A DNA stretch of 53,520 nt, from positions 1 through 53,520 of the forward strand of contig JBAXBA010000015.1 in assembly GCA_037142195.1 (NCBI GenBank). Direction: 5' to 3'. A model generated the notes under the pieces. That model made no database searches. It was not told where the DNA came from and saw only the letters and a program-made list of their open reading frames with translations. Shown here in pieces: positions 37,689 to 46,863 of this stretch. This stretch comes from Pseudomonadota bacterium. Lineage in GTDB: Bacteria; Bdellovibrionota_B; Oligoflexia; Oligoflexales; CAIMVM01. The position numbers were made by a program, and so were the translations under genes. How positions within the stretch are numbered: position 1 is the first letter of the stretch; the number at the start of each line of letters is the position of its first letter.

Positions 37689-38846
37689 TTAGAGCGGTGC
37701 CGCTAAAACCTTATCGGCATCGACGATCCCAGCTCCATAACCGATTTTTGGCCAGTCTTGGGGGCGCCATACCCCTTTGCTTTCCACAAGTTGTCTAAAT
37801 CGCTCCGAGAGATTGGATCTTCCATACCGTGCCAATAGAGCCTCTCGCCCATGGTAAGAAAGCCACAATGTGGCTATTCCAGAAGTCATTGCCGTTGCAT
37901 CAGAAGTTCCTGCACTTTCGCCCCAACTGTAAATAAGCATTTTATCGACTAGATTTGTAAAGGCCGCGGGAACCCCATTTGCGGGAGCGCTCCACGCCAC
38001 ATAACTCCCCCTTGTGGCACCACCCCAAGGAGACAAATCTTCTGATACCCCACCTACCGCAATCACACTTGGATAGACTCCAGGAAACACCGGTATCCAT
38101 CCCGTACCATTCCCCGCAGCAGCAATCACGATAACCCCCTGATTCTTCGCATACCTTAATGCTTCGTAGAGCTCAGGCATCGGCAATATATCGCCTAACG
38201 AGATATTAATGACATGAGCTCCCTGATCTACGGCGTATACTACTGCCTTAGCGACACGCGTCCCCACACCAATGATCGCAGAATCCGTAGCAAGTAGAGG
38301 GATAAAACTAGCAAAGGGCGCAACTCCCGAGATACATGTTTTATTTTCTGGAATCATTTTCCGGGGAGCAGCGATCAAGCTTAAAGTTTCTGTGCCATGC
38401 CCATGTTTTGGAAACTGATATTTGGTAAATCGATGAAAGACATGAGCGCTGTGATCGATAAAATTATAGGCCCTATCTAAATCTATACGAGCACCAAGTA
38501 AAGCGGGATGTGGGCTGATCCCCGTATCGATATGAGCTACTACAACATCTTGCCCAGGCACTTGATTCCTTTCTTCAAATCTCAGAAGGGCTGATTTGAG
38601 ATGAATGGCCCTAAGAGCCCAATTACTATCTAAATCACAAGGCTCTTGCCTTGTAAGACCCTCTGGCAATTCTAGAAAGGATTTGACATCTCCCGACGTT
38701 TTTAGATTCGAGGGAGACTGCCATGAGCTTAGGACCGAGATCTCTTTTGTCGGCGTAGACTCGGCAAACGAAGGATGATTTGAAATCGCCGAAAAAATAA
38801 TTACAACAAGTAGAGCTTGAGGCAAAACCGCAACCGTCTTTCTCAT
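37689..38846 (-). CDS. Secreted subtilisin-like serine protease (S8)
   Basis: Catalytic triad HIDTG / HGT / GTSDAT, oxyanion AAAGN, signal peptide. Confidence 0.9.
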   Translation of the reverse strand: MRKTVAVLPQALLVVIIFSAISNHPSFAESTPTKEISVLSSWQSPSNLKTSGDVKSFLELPEGLTRQEPCDLDSNWALRAIHLKSALLRFEERNQVPGQDVVVAHIDTGISPHPALLGARIDLDRAYNFIDHSAHVFHRFTKYQFPKHGHGTETLSLIAAPRKMIPENKTCISGVAPFASFIPLLATDSAIIGVGTRVAKAVVYAVDQGAHVINISLGDILPMPELYEALRYAKNQGVIVIAAAGNGTGWIPVFPGVYPSVIAVGGVSEDLSPWGGATRGSYVAWSAPANGVPAAFTNLVDKMLIYSWGESAGTSDATAMTSGIATLWLSYHGREALLARYGRSNLSERFRQLVESKGVWRPQDWPKIGYGAGIVDADKVLAAPL

Positions 38847-39209
38847 GGAAACCTACATTTTAGATGTAAAGACATTCTATCATGGGAAAAAAGATTCGAT
38901 AGTTCTTGACAAAACCGAGCAATTTCAAACAATTTGAAGTTGAGTTTTGGTTGTGCTTTCTGATCCTTCAGCTAAGGAAGGAAGGGTGGTCATCAACGCC
39001 CTGTTATGGGAATGACAAAAAGAGAATAAAACCCTCTCAACGCCTCTCATCAGAGACGAAATTTTACTTTTTTTTAATAGGTTGCACTAATTTTTCTCGA
39101 AGTGCCACTGATCTACTTCTTCTGGACAACCTGTTATTCAGCGTCATAGTCGTAACTACGCCTCAAGTTTCTTATTCGTTCTATCAAAAGGCTACTGCCC
39201 CACACTTTT

Positions 39210-39273
39210 TTGCGCGCTGCCACTCAGGGTGGCGTCGCAAGGCGCTCCGCGGAGGCGGGAACAAAACAGCGCC
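39210..39273. other. GC-rich double hairpin in an AT-rich intergenic region
   Basis: TTGCG..GCCAC-tcagg-GTGGC..CGCAA, then GGCGCT-CCGC-ggag-GCGG...AGCGCC. Confidence 0.4.
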
Positions 39274-39275
39274 AG

Positions 39276-39815
39276 TCAGCTTTCCTTACAGAGCTGTCTT
39301 CGTTCGAGTATGTCTTGATAGAGCTGGTAGTCTTTAAGCTCATCCAAGGAAAATAAAGGAGCAGTGACATCTATACAATCAAAAATACCTTCATTGTTAG
39401 AATCAAAGAAAATAGCGAAAGTCACTGACAGTCCAGGCGTGGGGCTATAAGCGGTGGCATTCCAAATCGTCGCTGCGACCTCCACCTTGCGAGCACCTGG
39501 ACTTCGCCAAGAGGAAAAACACAAGTTTCGCTCACAATGAGGCTGCCCTAAACTGCTGAGCTTCTCATTAATCGCCTGACAGCGGTCACCAATCATCTTA
39601 CGGGCTTCGCTCTCAGCTTTTTCTTGCTCTATGATTCTAGAGCATTCGCTCAAGCTGGGAGGTAGATCTACTCCCTTTCTAAGAGGATCGTCTACAGTCC
39701 CCTCAAGATCTTTGGCCGTCCCTTGTGCGTAGGCTGGGGCACTCAGCTTTGAGGTCAGGTGTGCCACCAACAGACAGGTCAAGAAAAAATCAAAAAAGTT
39801 TAAACGTGAAGCCAT
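39276..39815 (-). CDS. Secreted six-cysteine hypothetical protein (paralog 1)
   Basis: Signal peptide, six Cys in the mature part, pattern shared with 39824-40366. Confidence 0.75.
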   Translation of the reverse strand: MASRLNFFDFFLTCLLVAHLTSKLSAPAYAQGTAKDLEGTVDDPLRKGVDLPPSLSECSRIIEQEKAESEARKMIGDRCQAINEKLSSLGQPHCERNLCFSSWRSPGARKVEVAATIWNATAYSPTPGLSVTFAIFFDSNNEGIFDCIDVTAPLFSLDELKDYQLYQDILERRQLCKES

Positions 39816-39823
39816 ATCGCCTT

Positions 39824-40366
39824 CTAGTTTTGAGAGTTTTGTTTTACGAATTCTTTTTTACAAACGGGGCTACTAGCGACTTCCGAAAGGATCTTTGTAA
39901 ATAAGGGAGTTGTGATCGCTGGACTTAAGGTCCCTTGACACACTACCTTATCGGGATCTCGTGCTAAGCTAAATTTTAAAGTCGTAGAAATATAGATTTT
40001 CTCAGCACTGGAATTTGCGGAGCCTGGGTAGTTCATACCTGTACCCATTCCTGAAGTAGAAGAGTTGCCCACACGAATTTCCATTGTGGGCGCTGCATAG
40101 CCGCCTTTAACAATTTCACCTTGGCAGGTTTGAAAGGGGCAGCGAAAAGCTGGTGCCGTTTTCTGATTCTGTATTTCGCATGCCTCGCCAATTTTTTCCG
40201 CAAAGCCTAAAGTCATTTCCGTCAAAATTTTAGCTATATCTTCGCCGCAAGGTGCCATGAGTTCAAAGGCTTCTATGGAGGTTTGCTCTTCTGTAGTTTT
40301 AACATCTTCAGCCAAGCCCGATTGATGATAACCAATTAGAAAAAACAGCGTAAGCATGATCTTCAC
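39824..40366 (-). CDS. Secreted six-cysteine hypothetical protein (paralog 2)
   Basis: Signal peptide ending GLA, AGGAG SD, six Cys. Confidence 0.75.
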   Translation of the reverse strand: MKIMLTLFFLIGYHQSGLAEDVKTTEEQTSIEAFELMAPCGEDIAKILTEMTLGFAEKIGEACEIQNQKTAPAFRCPFQTCQGEIVKGGYAAPTMEIRVGNSSTSGMGTGMNYPGSANSSAEKIYISTTLKFSLARDPDKVVCQGTLSPAITTPLFTKILSEVASSPVCKKEFVKQNSQN

Positions 40367-40442
40367 AAGTGACTCCTGGTCCGTAATTTTGCTACTTGGG
40401 ATAGTAGCTCAATTGACACATCTATACTAGATTTTGATGCTC

Positions 40443-40451
40443 TGCTATAAT
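40443..40451 (+). promoter_or_regulatory. Extended -10 promoter element of marC
   Basis: TGcTATAAT ending 26 nt before the TTG start. Confidence 0.5.
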
Positions 40452-40477
40452 TCGAACGAGATTAAAGACTTAGGGGC

Positions 40478-41113
40478 TTGAAAGTGGAGTATATTACTTA
40501 TTTATTAGGCAGCTTTGTCGCAGTCTTTGTCATAGTGGACCCTTTTGCGGTGATTCCGGTTTACTTGACGGTAACCGCCGATGCCACCGACCAGGAAAGA
40601 CGCTCCATGCGGCGAAAGGCCAACTGGATTGCGTTTATGATCCTTTTTAGCTTTGCCATAACCGGAACCACGATTTTTAATATATTTGGCATCACTCTAC
40701 CGGCCTTTCAAATCGCAGGGGGGATTTTACTTCTCCTTTTAGGCATCTCCCAGTTAAATGCCAAGCCCAATCGGCTGCGCCTTGACGAGCAAAGTGAGAG
40801 CTTAGAAAAACACGACATTTCTGTCTTTCCTTTGGCTACGCCTTTACTTGCAGGGCCAGGCGCCATTTCTACAGTAGTCCTTCAGTCAAGTCAGGCTACT
40901 AATTTAGGCATGCTCGCGATGCTTTGCATCGCCATATTTCTTACCTTATTTTGTTCCGACCTCATTTTGAAAATGTCGAAACATTTGCAAAAAATCATGG
41001 GAAAGACGGGCCTAAATATTCTCACTCGAATCATGGGCATCATTTTGACGGCGATTGCGGTGCAACACATTTTAAATGGAGTTGAAAAAGCCATTAAAGC
41101 CATGAGTTTTTAG
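40478..41113 (+). CDS. marC: MarC family membrane protein
   Basis: IVDPFAVIP, FGITLPAFQIAGGILL, FPLATPLLAGPGAI, TRIMGIIL. Confidence 0.92.
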   Translation: MKVEYITYLLGSFVAVFVIVDPFAVIPVYLTVTADATDQERRSMRRKANWIAFMILFSFAITGTTIFNIFGITLPAFQIAGGILLLLLGISQLNAKPNRLRLDEQSESLEKHDISVFPLATPLLAGPGAISTVVLQSSQATNLGMLAMLCIAIFLTLFCSDLILKMSKHLQKIMGKTGLNILTRIMGIILTAIAVQHILNGVEKAIKAMSF

Positions 41114-41114
41114 C

Positions 41115-42569
41115 TTAACCCAAAGCCATGGCGCGGATGCCTTTTAGAATGATAAATTCGTCTCGTTCAAATTCAGGAAACAGGTAGGACCCGCCCCCCG
41201 TTAAAAGAACTTTCACTTCAGCACCAGGAAATTCCTCATGAAGATCCTGCAAAACTTTAGCTAGTGGTCCGCAAACCGAGAGTCTCATTCCAGACAGCAG
41301 GGCTTCCCTAGTGTGGGAGGCACCACGCCAACTGGGCAGAGGGATTTCCCATTCAGCCCGCGGGATTTTTGGCAATAGAGCTGTCTCCTCCGCCAATGCG
41401 TCAAGCCCCATTTGCATCCCAGGAAGAATGCTACCCCCAAGATAGTGTCCATCTCCCTTAAGGCAGTCGATGGTAGTCGCCGTACCCAGGCTAACTAAAA
41501 CAGCTATTTGGTTAGAGTGCCGAGATTCTAGCGGCAAATCCGCTATATAACCTTCCATAAACGCAATCCTATCAATACCCATCTGGTTCAAGTCATAGGG
41601 CCCCAAATCAACAAAAACAGATCTTTTAGAAACCTCGATGATAGAAATGTGATGCTCTGAAAACACTTCTAAATACTCTGAGACTTTGTCTTTTCCTACG
41701 GCGCCTAGAAACAAAAGGGAGTGATCTTTTAGATCAGGGAAATTCTGCCTTAAGGCCTGAGCGGACTCATAGGAACCTAAACCAAGCACCCCCTGGTCTG
41801 AGATAGCTGCAAGCTTTAAACGCGAATTCCCTAAATCTCCGATCAAGATCCGAGATTTTCCATGTACTTGAAGCCACCATTTAAACTCGTGGTGAGAGGA
41901 AAATAGCAGCTCATCCTGATGGGAATTTACGTTTTTCAAAACAAGACCACCTTCTCGAGTTAACGACTGCTCAAGAAAAAGTTCCTTGTTTCTTTCCCAG
42001 ACGGATCCGGCTGTGCCAAATCGGGAAAAATCTTTTAAAACATCCGCAGACTTGAAAATACGATTTAATAATCGCTCAGAAAGGTCTAGGTAAAGGTGAT
42101 TGATGTCAAAAGGCTGGATCGAAATCTCGCCGATAGACACGGCTGCCAGATCTTCTAAATCGGTGGAAGCAATCATATTGAGGCCAATTCCAACCACAAT
42201 ATGTTTAATTTGATCGCCTGAAACGGCACTTTCACAAAGTATCCCCCCAAGCTTTTGGCCCCGATGTAACAAATCGTTGGGCCACTTTAATGTGGGTGTG
42301 AAATGAAAGGTATCTTCTAGCCAGACCGCTACAATCGTCGCAGCCTCTAGAGATAAAGTTGGCAACCTCCCCAGATCAGACGCTGGCAATGCGATCGAAA
42401 GAAAGAAATTGCCTCTCCCCCCAGTCCAACTTCGCCCCCTTCGACCGCGCCCCTCTGTCTGTGAGTAGGCTGCGACAGCAAAAGGTGCTGACCTACCACC
42501 CTCGAGTTGCCTCATGACTTCTGACGAAGTCGAATCAATGGCGTCCAAAATAGAAAGGAAGTGAGGCAT
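41115..42569 (-). CDS. birA-coaX: Fusion of biotin--protein ligase (BirA) and type III pantothenate kinase (CoaX)
   Basis: N-terminal half: QTEGRGRRGRSW, KWPND, KLGGIL. C-terminal half: DLGNSRLK, GIDR, LGTATTID, GGSILPG, LTGG. Confidence 0.88.
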   Translation of the reverse strand: MPHFLSILDAIDSTSSEVMRQLEGGRSAPFAVAAYSQTEGRGRRGRSWTGGRGNFFLSIALPASDLGRLPTLSLEAATIVAVWLEDTFHFTPTLKWPNDLLHRGQKLGGILCESAVSGDQIKHIVVGIGLNMIASTDLEDLAAVSIGEISIQPFDINHLYLDLSERLLNRIFKSADVLKDFSRFGTAGSVWERNKELFLEQSLTREGGLVLKNVNSHQDELLFSSHHEFKWWLQVHGKSRILIGDLGNSRLKLAAISDQGVLGLGSYESAQALRQNFPDLKDHSLLFLGAVGKDKVSEYLEVFSEHHISIIEVSKRSVFVDLGPYDLNQMGIDRIAFMEGYIADLPLESRHSNQIAVLVSLGTATTIDCLKGDGHYLGGSILPGMQMGLDALAEETALLPKIPRAEWEIPLPSWRGASHTREALLSGMRLSVCGPLAKVLQDLHEEFPGAEVKVLLTGGGSYLFPEFERDEFIILKGIRAMALG

Positions 42570-42571
42570 CT

Positions 42572-43417
42572 TTAGATTTCAAAAAGCAAGGACAGATCAA
42601 CTCCTGGCGCAGAATGCAAGGTCGCACTCGTCGAAATAAAATCGACACCTGTCTCAGCAATTCGCCGAATATTATCAAGTCGAACATTTCCCGAAGCTTC
42701 TACCAGGGCTCGTCCTTGAATCGTTCGAACAGCCATTTCCATTTCAGCTGGCGGCATATTATCCAACATGATGATATCCGCGCCGGCATCTAAAGCTTCT
42801 TGAACCTCTTGAAGGTTCGTAGTCTCCACTTCGATTTTTAAAGTAGGGGGAAGAGATTCTGTAAGCCTGCCTAAAGCTGCCGTGATGCCACCAGCGGCTC
42901 TTATATGATTTTCCTTTACCAAGACACCGTCCGTCAAAGAGACTCTATGATTCCTAGCACCGCCCGTTGCAGTGGCAGCTTTCTCAATCATGCGAAGTCC
43001 TGGGGTCGTTTTTCTCGTATCCAGCAACTGCGCCTTAGTACCACTTAGTAGTTCGACAAACTTTTTTGTATGGGTAGCGATTCCGCAAGTTCTGCCTAAG
43101 AAATTTAGCGCCACCCGCTCTGCTTTTAAAATGGAACGCGCATTCCCAGAAATAGCCAACAAAACTTCACGGTTATGAGCTAAGGAACCGTTGTTTTTAA
43201 CGACTTGGATCTCCAGTGAGGGATCCACCATTTTGAAGACCATTTGCGCCACTTCCATGCAGGCCACCACAACTCCATCTTGTTTGGAGATAATCTTAGC
43301 TACGGCCAGCTTGTCAGCTGGGACGCACAAATCTGTGGTCCAATCGCCCCCGCCCCAATCTTCTTCAATGGCTCGGCGAATGATCGGCTCAAGTTGAATG
43401 GGATGAAGTACAGGCAT
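42572..43417 (-). CDS. nadC: Nicotinate-nucleotide diphosphorylase (carboxylating)
   Basis: ER.ALNFL, DTRKTTPGLR, NHR..L.D..LVKENH, IEVE, DIIMLDN, EASGN. Confidence 0.95.
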   Translation of the reverse strand: MPVLHPIQLEPIIRRAIEEDWGGGDWTTDLCVPADKLAVAKIISKQDGVVVACMEVAQMVFKMVDPSLEIQVVKNNGSLAHNREVLLAISGNARSILKAERVALNFLGRTCGIATHTKKFVELLSGTKAQLLDTRKTTPGLRMIEKAATATGGARNHRVSLTDGVLVKENHIRAAGGITAALGRLTESLPPTLKIEVETTNLQEVQEALDAGADIIMLDNMPPAEMEMAVRTIQGRALVEASGNVRLDNIRRIAETGVDFISTSATLHSAPGVDLSLLFEI

Positions 43418-43460
43418 GACAATCCTCCTTTAAGAGCCCTAAATATGCCTTTGTTGGAGT

Positions 43461-44558
43461 CTAATTGTCAATGTTGATGCGCGCTTTTTCCTCAGAGAGG
43501 CGCCTAATTTCGGCAGCAATGACTTCTTTAGCAATTCCTGGAATTTGGGCTTTGAAATGAAGATCCAGGTACTGCCTAATTTCAATTCTAATGAGTTCCT
43601 GAATGCGCGGCCAATAAGGCCTTAAAAGACTATCTGGGTCGAGGTTTGCAGCAGCACTCTCAGGCTTTGACGATTCCAAAGGCTGAGGAGACGCTCTATG
43701 CTGTCTCACTTCTCTAGGCTGACTTGCCGCTACGGGCTCCGTAACTTCCCTAAGATTGCCGGCTTTACCAGGAGTTGACCCGTGTTCGGGTTTTGAAAAA
43801 TGGACTTTTTCCTCTCTTGTTTGGGGCTTTATCGGTTCTCCATCTAGCTCCAAATCTAAATGAAAAGCGCCTTTGGGGCTAGGCTCAGTAGGGTGCTTTG
43901 CCGTCAAGTTTCCCTTAGAAGCATGCTGGAATTCAGCGGCTATTTTAGGTTCTAAAGTCACATTAGGAGGTTCATGGGAACCTAAATCTAAAGTCGATAT
44001 CCCTCTATCTTCCTCAAAGGCTTTTTTTCCCCGATCCTTCACTTGCACTTCTGGTTGAGGAATGGACACATCCAATTGCACATCAGAATCGTCGGGCTGT
44101 TGTAAAAAATCTAAGTCAATATCTAAAGTCGTCATGGCCATCTGATTGGTACGGGTCGGTTCGCCGGCAAAGGACCCAGAAAAAGGCTGATCTTTACTTG
44201 GAATTTGCTTTATGTGAGGACAAAGGCGTGCGACTGCCTCCGTTAAAACTTTTCCCACAAATGGTTTTTTAATGGTTTCACCAAATCCATGATCTCTCCA
44301 TAGATTTTCATCGATAGATTCATAACTTCCGAGCAAAAGAATAACTTTGGTGGTCCCTAAGATTTTTTTCAAGGATTCAGGACCATCTATCCCGGCCAAT
44401 TTAGGGTCTGCTAACACTACATCGGGAGGTGTTTGCCTTAACATCGAAGCTAAGGAAACTGCCGATTCAGCTTCCAAAATTTCACAGTCGTACCCGGTAA
44501 AAGCTAGTCGAACCACTTTTTGTATAGCTGCCGAATCATCGGCAACAAAAATCCTCAT
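43461..44558 (-). CDS. romR: RomR-like response regulator (receiver, disordered linker, C-terminal helix)
   Basis: IFVADDS...VVLAD...KKPF receiver, about 190-aa Pro/Glu-rich linker, C-terminal IPGIAKEVIAAEIRRL resembling RomR-C; upstream of nadC-birA-coaX. Start set at ATG 44558 behind GGAG. Confidence 0.65.
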   Translation of the reverse strand: MRIFVADDSAAIQKVVRLAFTGYDCEILEAESAVSLASMLRQTPPDVVLADPKLAGIDGPESLKKILGTTKVILLLGSYESIDENLWRDHGFGETIKKPFVGKVLTEAVARLCPHIKQIPSKDQPFSGSFAGEPTRTNQMAMTTLDIDLDFLQQPDDSDVQLDVSIPQPEVQVKDRGKKAFEEDRGISTLDLGSHEPPNVTLEPKIAAEFQHASKGNLTAKHPTEPSPKGAFHLDLELDGEPIKPQTREEKVHFSKPEHGSTPGKAGNLREVTEPVAASQPREVRQHRASPQPLESSKPESAAANLDPDSLLRPYWPRIQELIRIEIRQYLDLHFKAQIPGIAKEVIAAEIRRLSEEKARINIDN

Positions 44559-44618
44559 GACAGGCTCCAACTTAATAGACTCCTCTAAGTCTACCAGATC
44601 CCTGGAGGAAATGGGAGA

Positions 44619-44906
44619 TTAAGCACGTCGTTTCGCGAGACTTTCCTGCATAGCAGTAAGAACCAACAACCGAACATGCTCCTGGGTAAGGGTGAGGGCA
44701 CGTACTATCGTGGCCAAATCGTCAGGCTTAAAATCAGGACTCATATTTTGGTTAATTTCCTTAAAGCAGCGCGAGCGGAGGTGGGAAAGATAGACTATTT
44801 TGGACTCATAGAGTTTGCGCAAAGTTTCATAATCCAACCCATCACCTAGAATCGGCCGAAGGAGCTCTGGTTCAATCTCTTTGAATGTTTCATAGTCAAT
44901 ACGCAA
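44619..44906 (-). CDS. Small helical hypothetical protein
   Basis: 95-aa ORF with a TTG start directly downstream of a FliA-type promoter. Confidence 0.7.
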   Translation of the reverse strand: MRIDYETFKEIEPELLRPILGDGLDYETLRKLYESKIVYLSHLRSRCFKEINQNMSPDFKPDDLATIVRALTLTQEHVRLLVLTAMQESLAKRRA

Positions 44907-44936
44907 GTGTCTATCTCTTAGTTAAATCTTTTAAAA

Positions 44937-44963
44937 GGATCGGCAGGTTCTATTTTTACTTTA
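44937..44963 (-). promoter_or_regulatory. FliA/sigma28-type promoter
   Basis: Minus strand TAAA-gtaaaaatagaacct (N15)-GCCGATCC, against consensus TAAA-N15-GCCGATAA. Confidence 0.65.
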
Positions 44964-45508
44964 AGAATTCTCATAAATCCTGCATTCCCGCGATAATTCT
45001 ACAGCTCACATATATTTCGCAGACCAATGACTCATAAAGCCAGAGTCCCTGTGCCACAAAGGATTGATATTTAAATTAGCCGTTTTAATTCCATCACCCT
45101 GCTAACCTTCTTTGGCTTCTATGGTGACTAATCCTTAGTTGCAATGCCCGGCAATGTGATGAAATTGAAGTTGCAGCTTTAAACCTAACCTTTACTCTTA
45201 TAAAACTGATGAAACTATACCCAGATGGACCAAGATAAAAGCTTCTCTGGCTCAGCGAGTTATAGGTCTTTATGCCCACCAAATTTAAAAAGGTTAATAA
45301 TTTCATTATAATACACTCTGAAATGCTAATTAGAAAAACGAATTCTTTTTTCGCGGGAATGTGGGATAAATAGTCTGGCCTAGTTACTCTATGTTGGTAG
45401 GAACCTGCCAGCGGAGTCTTTTTAAAAAACAAAAAATATCCCAGTTTTTCTTGCAATTTCAGCCTAAAGAATCTTTAATCTAAGCCAAACTTTATCCTGG
45501 GAGAACCC

Positions 45509-46162
45509 ATGGGACTAAAATCTGGTGCCGTCTCAATTACTCGTTACCAAATCCTAGGACTGACAAATCCCAGTTTAGCCTCCCTGAACAAAAGCATGGC
45601 TCCCTATAAGGCAAAACCCATCAATTTGTCTGCCGGAAACAAAGCGGAACAGGTCTTTTGGACCCTCCCCGACCTCCCAGATCTAGAAAGAGAGGGAGAC
45701 TTTTGGGACATGACGGACTGCCTGATCGACGGGGGTTTTGTCATGAGACTCAGAATTGAAAAAAGAACGGTCCCCGGCGAACTCCTAAAGCTTCTCCTAA
45801 AGGAAAAGATACAAAGCCTTGCAGAAAGCTTAGAGCGTCATCCCACCCGGGTGGAGACTCGATTGGCCAAAGACCAGTTAAAAGAAGAGCTCATGTCAAA
45901 AACCTTGCCTACCCTGAGATTTATTGACCTTTTTTGGTCCACAGAGACCAACCAAGTCACACTTTTCACCACATCTAAGACAGCTTGTGCAATTTTTGAG
46001 CAGATTTTTAGAAAGAGCGTCTTGGGCCCCTTGGGGGGAAAGATGGCAATTCTTGTACCGCCGCTTTTTGGGCTTGATGATTCTGACTGGAAAGGCCATA
46101 GTCAACGCGCCCAATCGATGGGCCAACTGGTACCGGCAACCTTTACGGAATTAACATCTTAA
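45509..46162 (+). CDS. RdgC-like recombination-associated protein (deltaproteobacterial type)
   Basis: MGL.SG.VSITRYQ start, LRIEKRTVP, L..KTLP.....DLFW, FEQIFRKS. Confidence 0.65.
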   Translation: MGLKSGAVSITRYQILGLTNPSLASLNKSMAPYKAKPINLSAGNKAEQVFWTLPDLPDLEREGDFWDMTDCLIDGGFVMRLRIEKRTVPGELLKLLLKEKIQSLAESLERHPTRVETRLAKDQLKEELMSKTLPTLRFIDLFWSTETNQVTLFTTSKTACAIFEQIFRKSVLGPLGGKMAILVPPLFGLDDSDWKGHSQRAQSMGQLVPATFTELTS

Positions 46163-46200
46163 GAATGAGTCACTTAAGTGTTAATAATGCATGGATTTAA

Positions 46201-46821
46201 ATGGAGAAACGTGTGGAATTTGACAACGAAACTAGGTCCCCTTACTTTAATATCGGCGAAACGCTTTTCCAACTGCGCGACTACACACCTATTCCGCTAC
46301 TTATCATTTTGTTTCTCTATGCTTCACCTAACGTTATTTCAGCAACCTTGGGAATGACTTTTATCATTCTTGGCGAGCTATTTAGAATTTATTCCGTCGC
46401 GTTTATAGGTACTGTGTCTAGAACGCGCAGCTCCTCTACAGGCAGCCGTCTCATTACCTCGGGCCCCTTTGCCTATGTACGAAACCCTCTCTATGTCGGT
46501 AATTTCATGATTACGGCAGGAATTTCTGTTTTTTCTGGAACCATTTGGATTATGGTCCTGACAGTTTTGGCATTTGCTGGACAGTACTTTTTTGTAGTGG
46601 AATATGAAGAATCTATACTTCGCGAGAAGTTTGGAGCTGAATATGATTCTTATTGCAAAACAGTGCCTGCATGGTTTGCTAAGCGCCGACCTAAGTTAGA
46701 AGAAATTGAATGGCCATCTCCGGTTGGAATCGTTGAGTCCTTAAAGAGCGAAAAAAGAACTTTAACTTCTATCTTCGCCATCATTACTCTTCTTCTACTT
46801 TTCTATGGAAAGAATCGCTAA
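46201..46821 (+). CDS. Isoprenylcysteine carboxyl methyltransferase (ICMT/PEMT) family membrane protein
   Basis: LITSGPFAYVRNPLYVG, EESILREKFGAEY..YCKTVP. Confidence 0.88.
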   Translation: MEKRVEFDNETRSPYFNIGETLFQLRDYTPIPLLIILFLYASPNVISATLGMTFIILGELFRIYSVAFIGTVSRTRSSSTGSRLITSGPFAYVRNPLYVGNFMITAGISVFSGTIWIMVLTVLAFAGQYFFVVEYEESILREKFGAEYDSYCKTVPAWFAKRRPKLEEIEWPSPVGIVESLKSEKRTLTSIFAIITLLLLFYGKNR

Positions 46822-46863
46822 TCGCAACATGCTTTTCAGCGTGTATGAACCAAAAGATACATG

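Noticed and set aside
38906..39337. 143-aa plus-strand ORF
   Set aside because: Atypical composition, overlaps the opposite-strand gene, and spans the hairpin element.
45094..45456. 120-aa minus-strand ORF or an ncRNA in the 600-bp divergent spacer
   Set aside because: No SD or protein motif, and no tRNA, SRP, 6S or riboswitch features that I could recognise; an Rfam scan would be needed.
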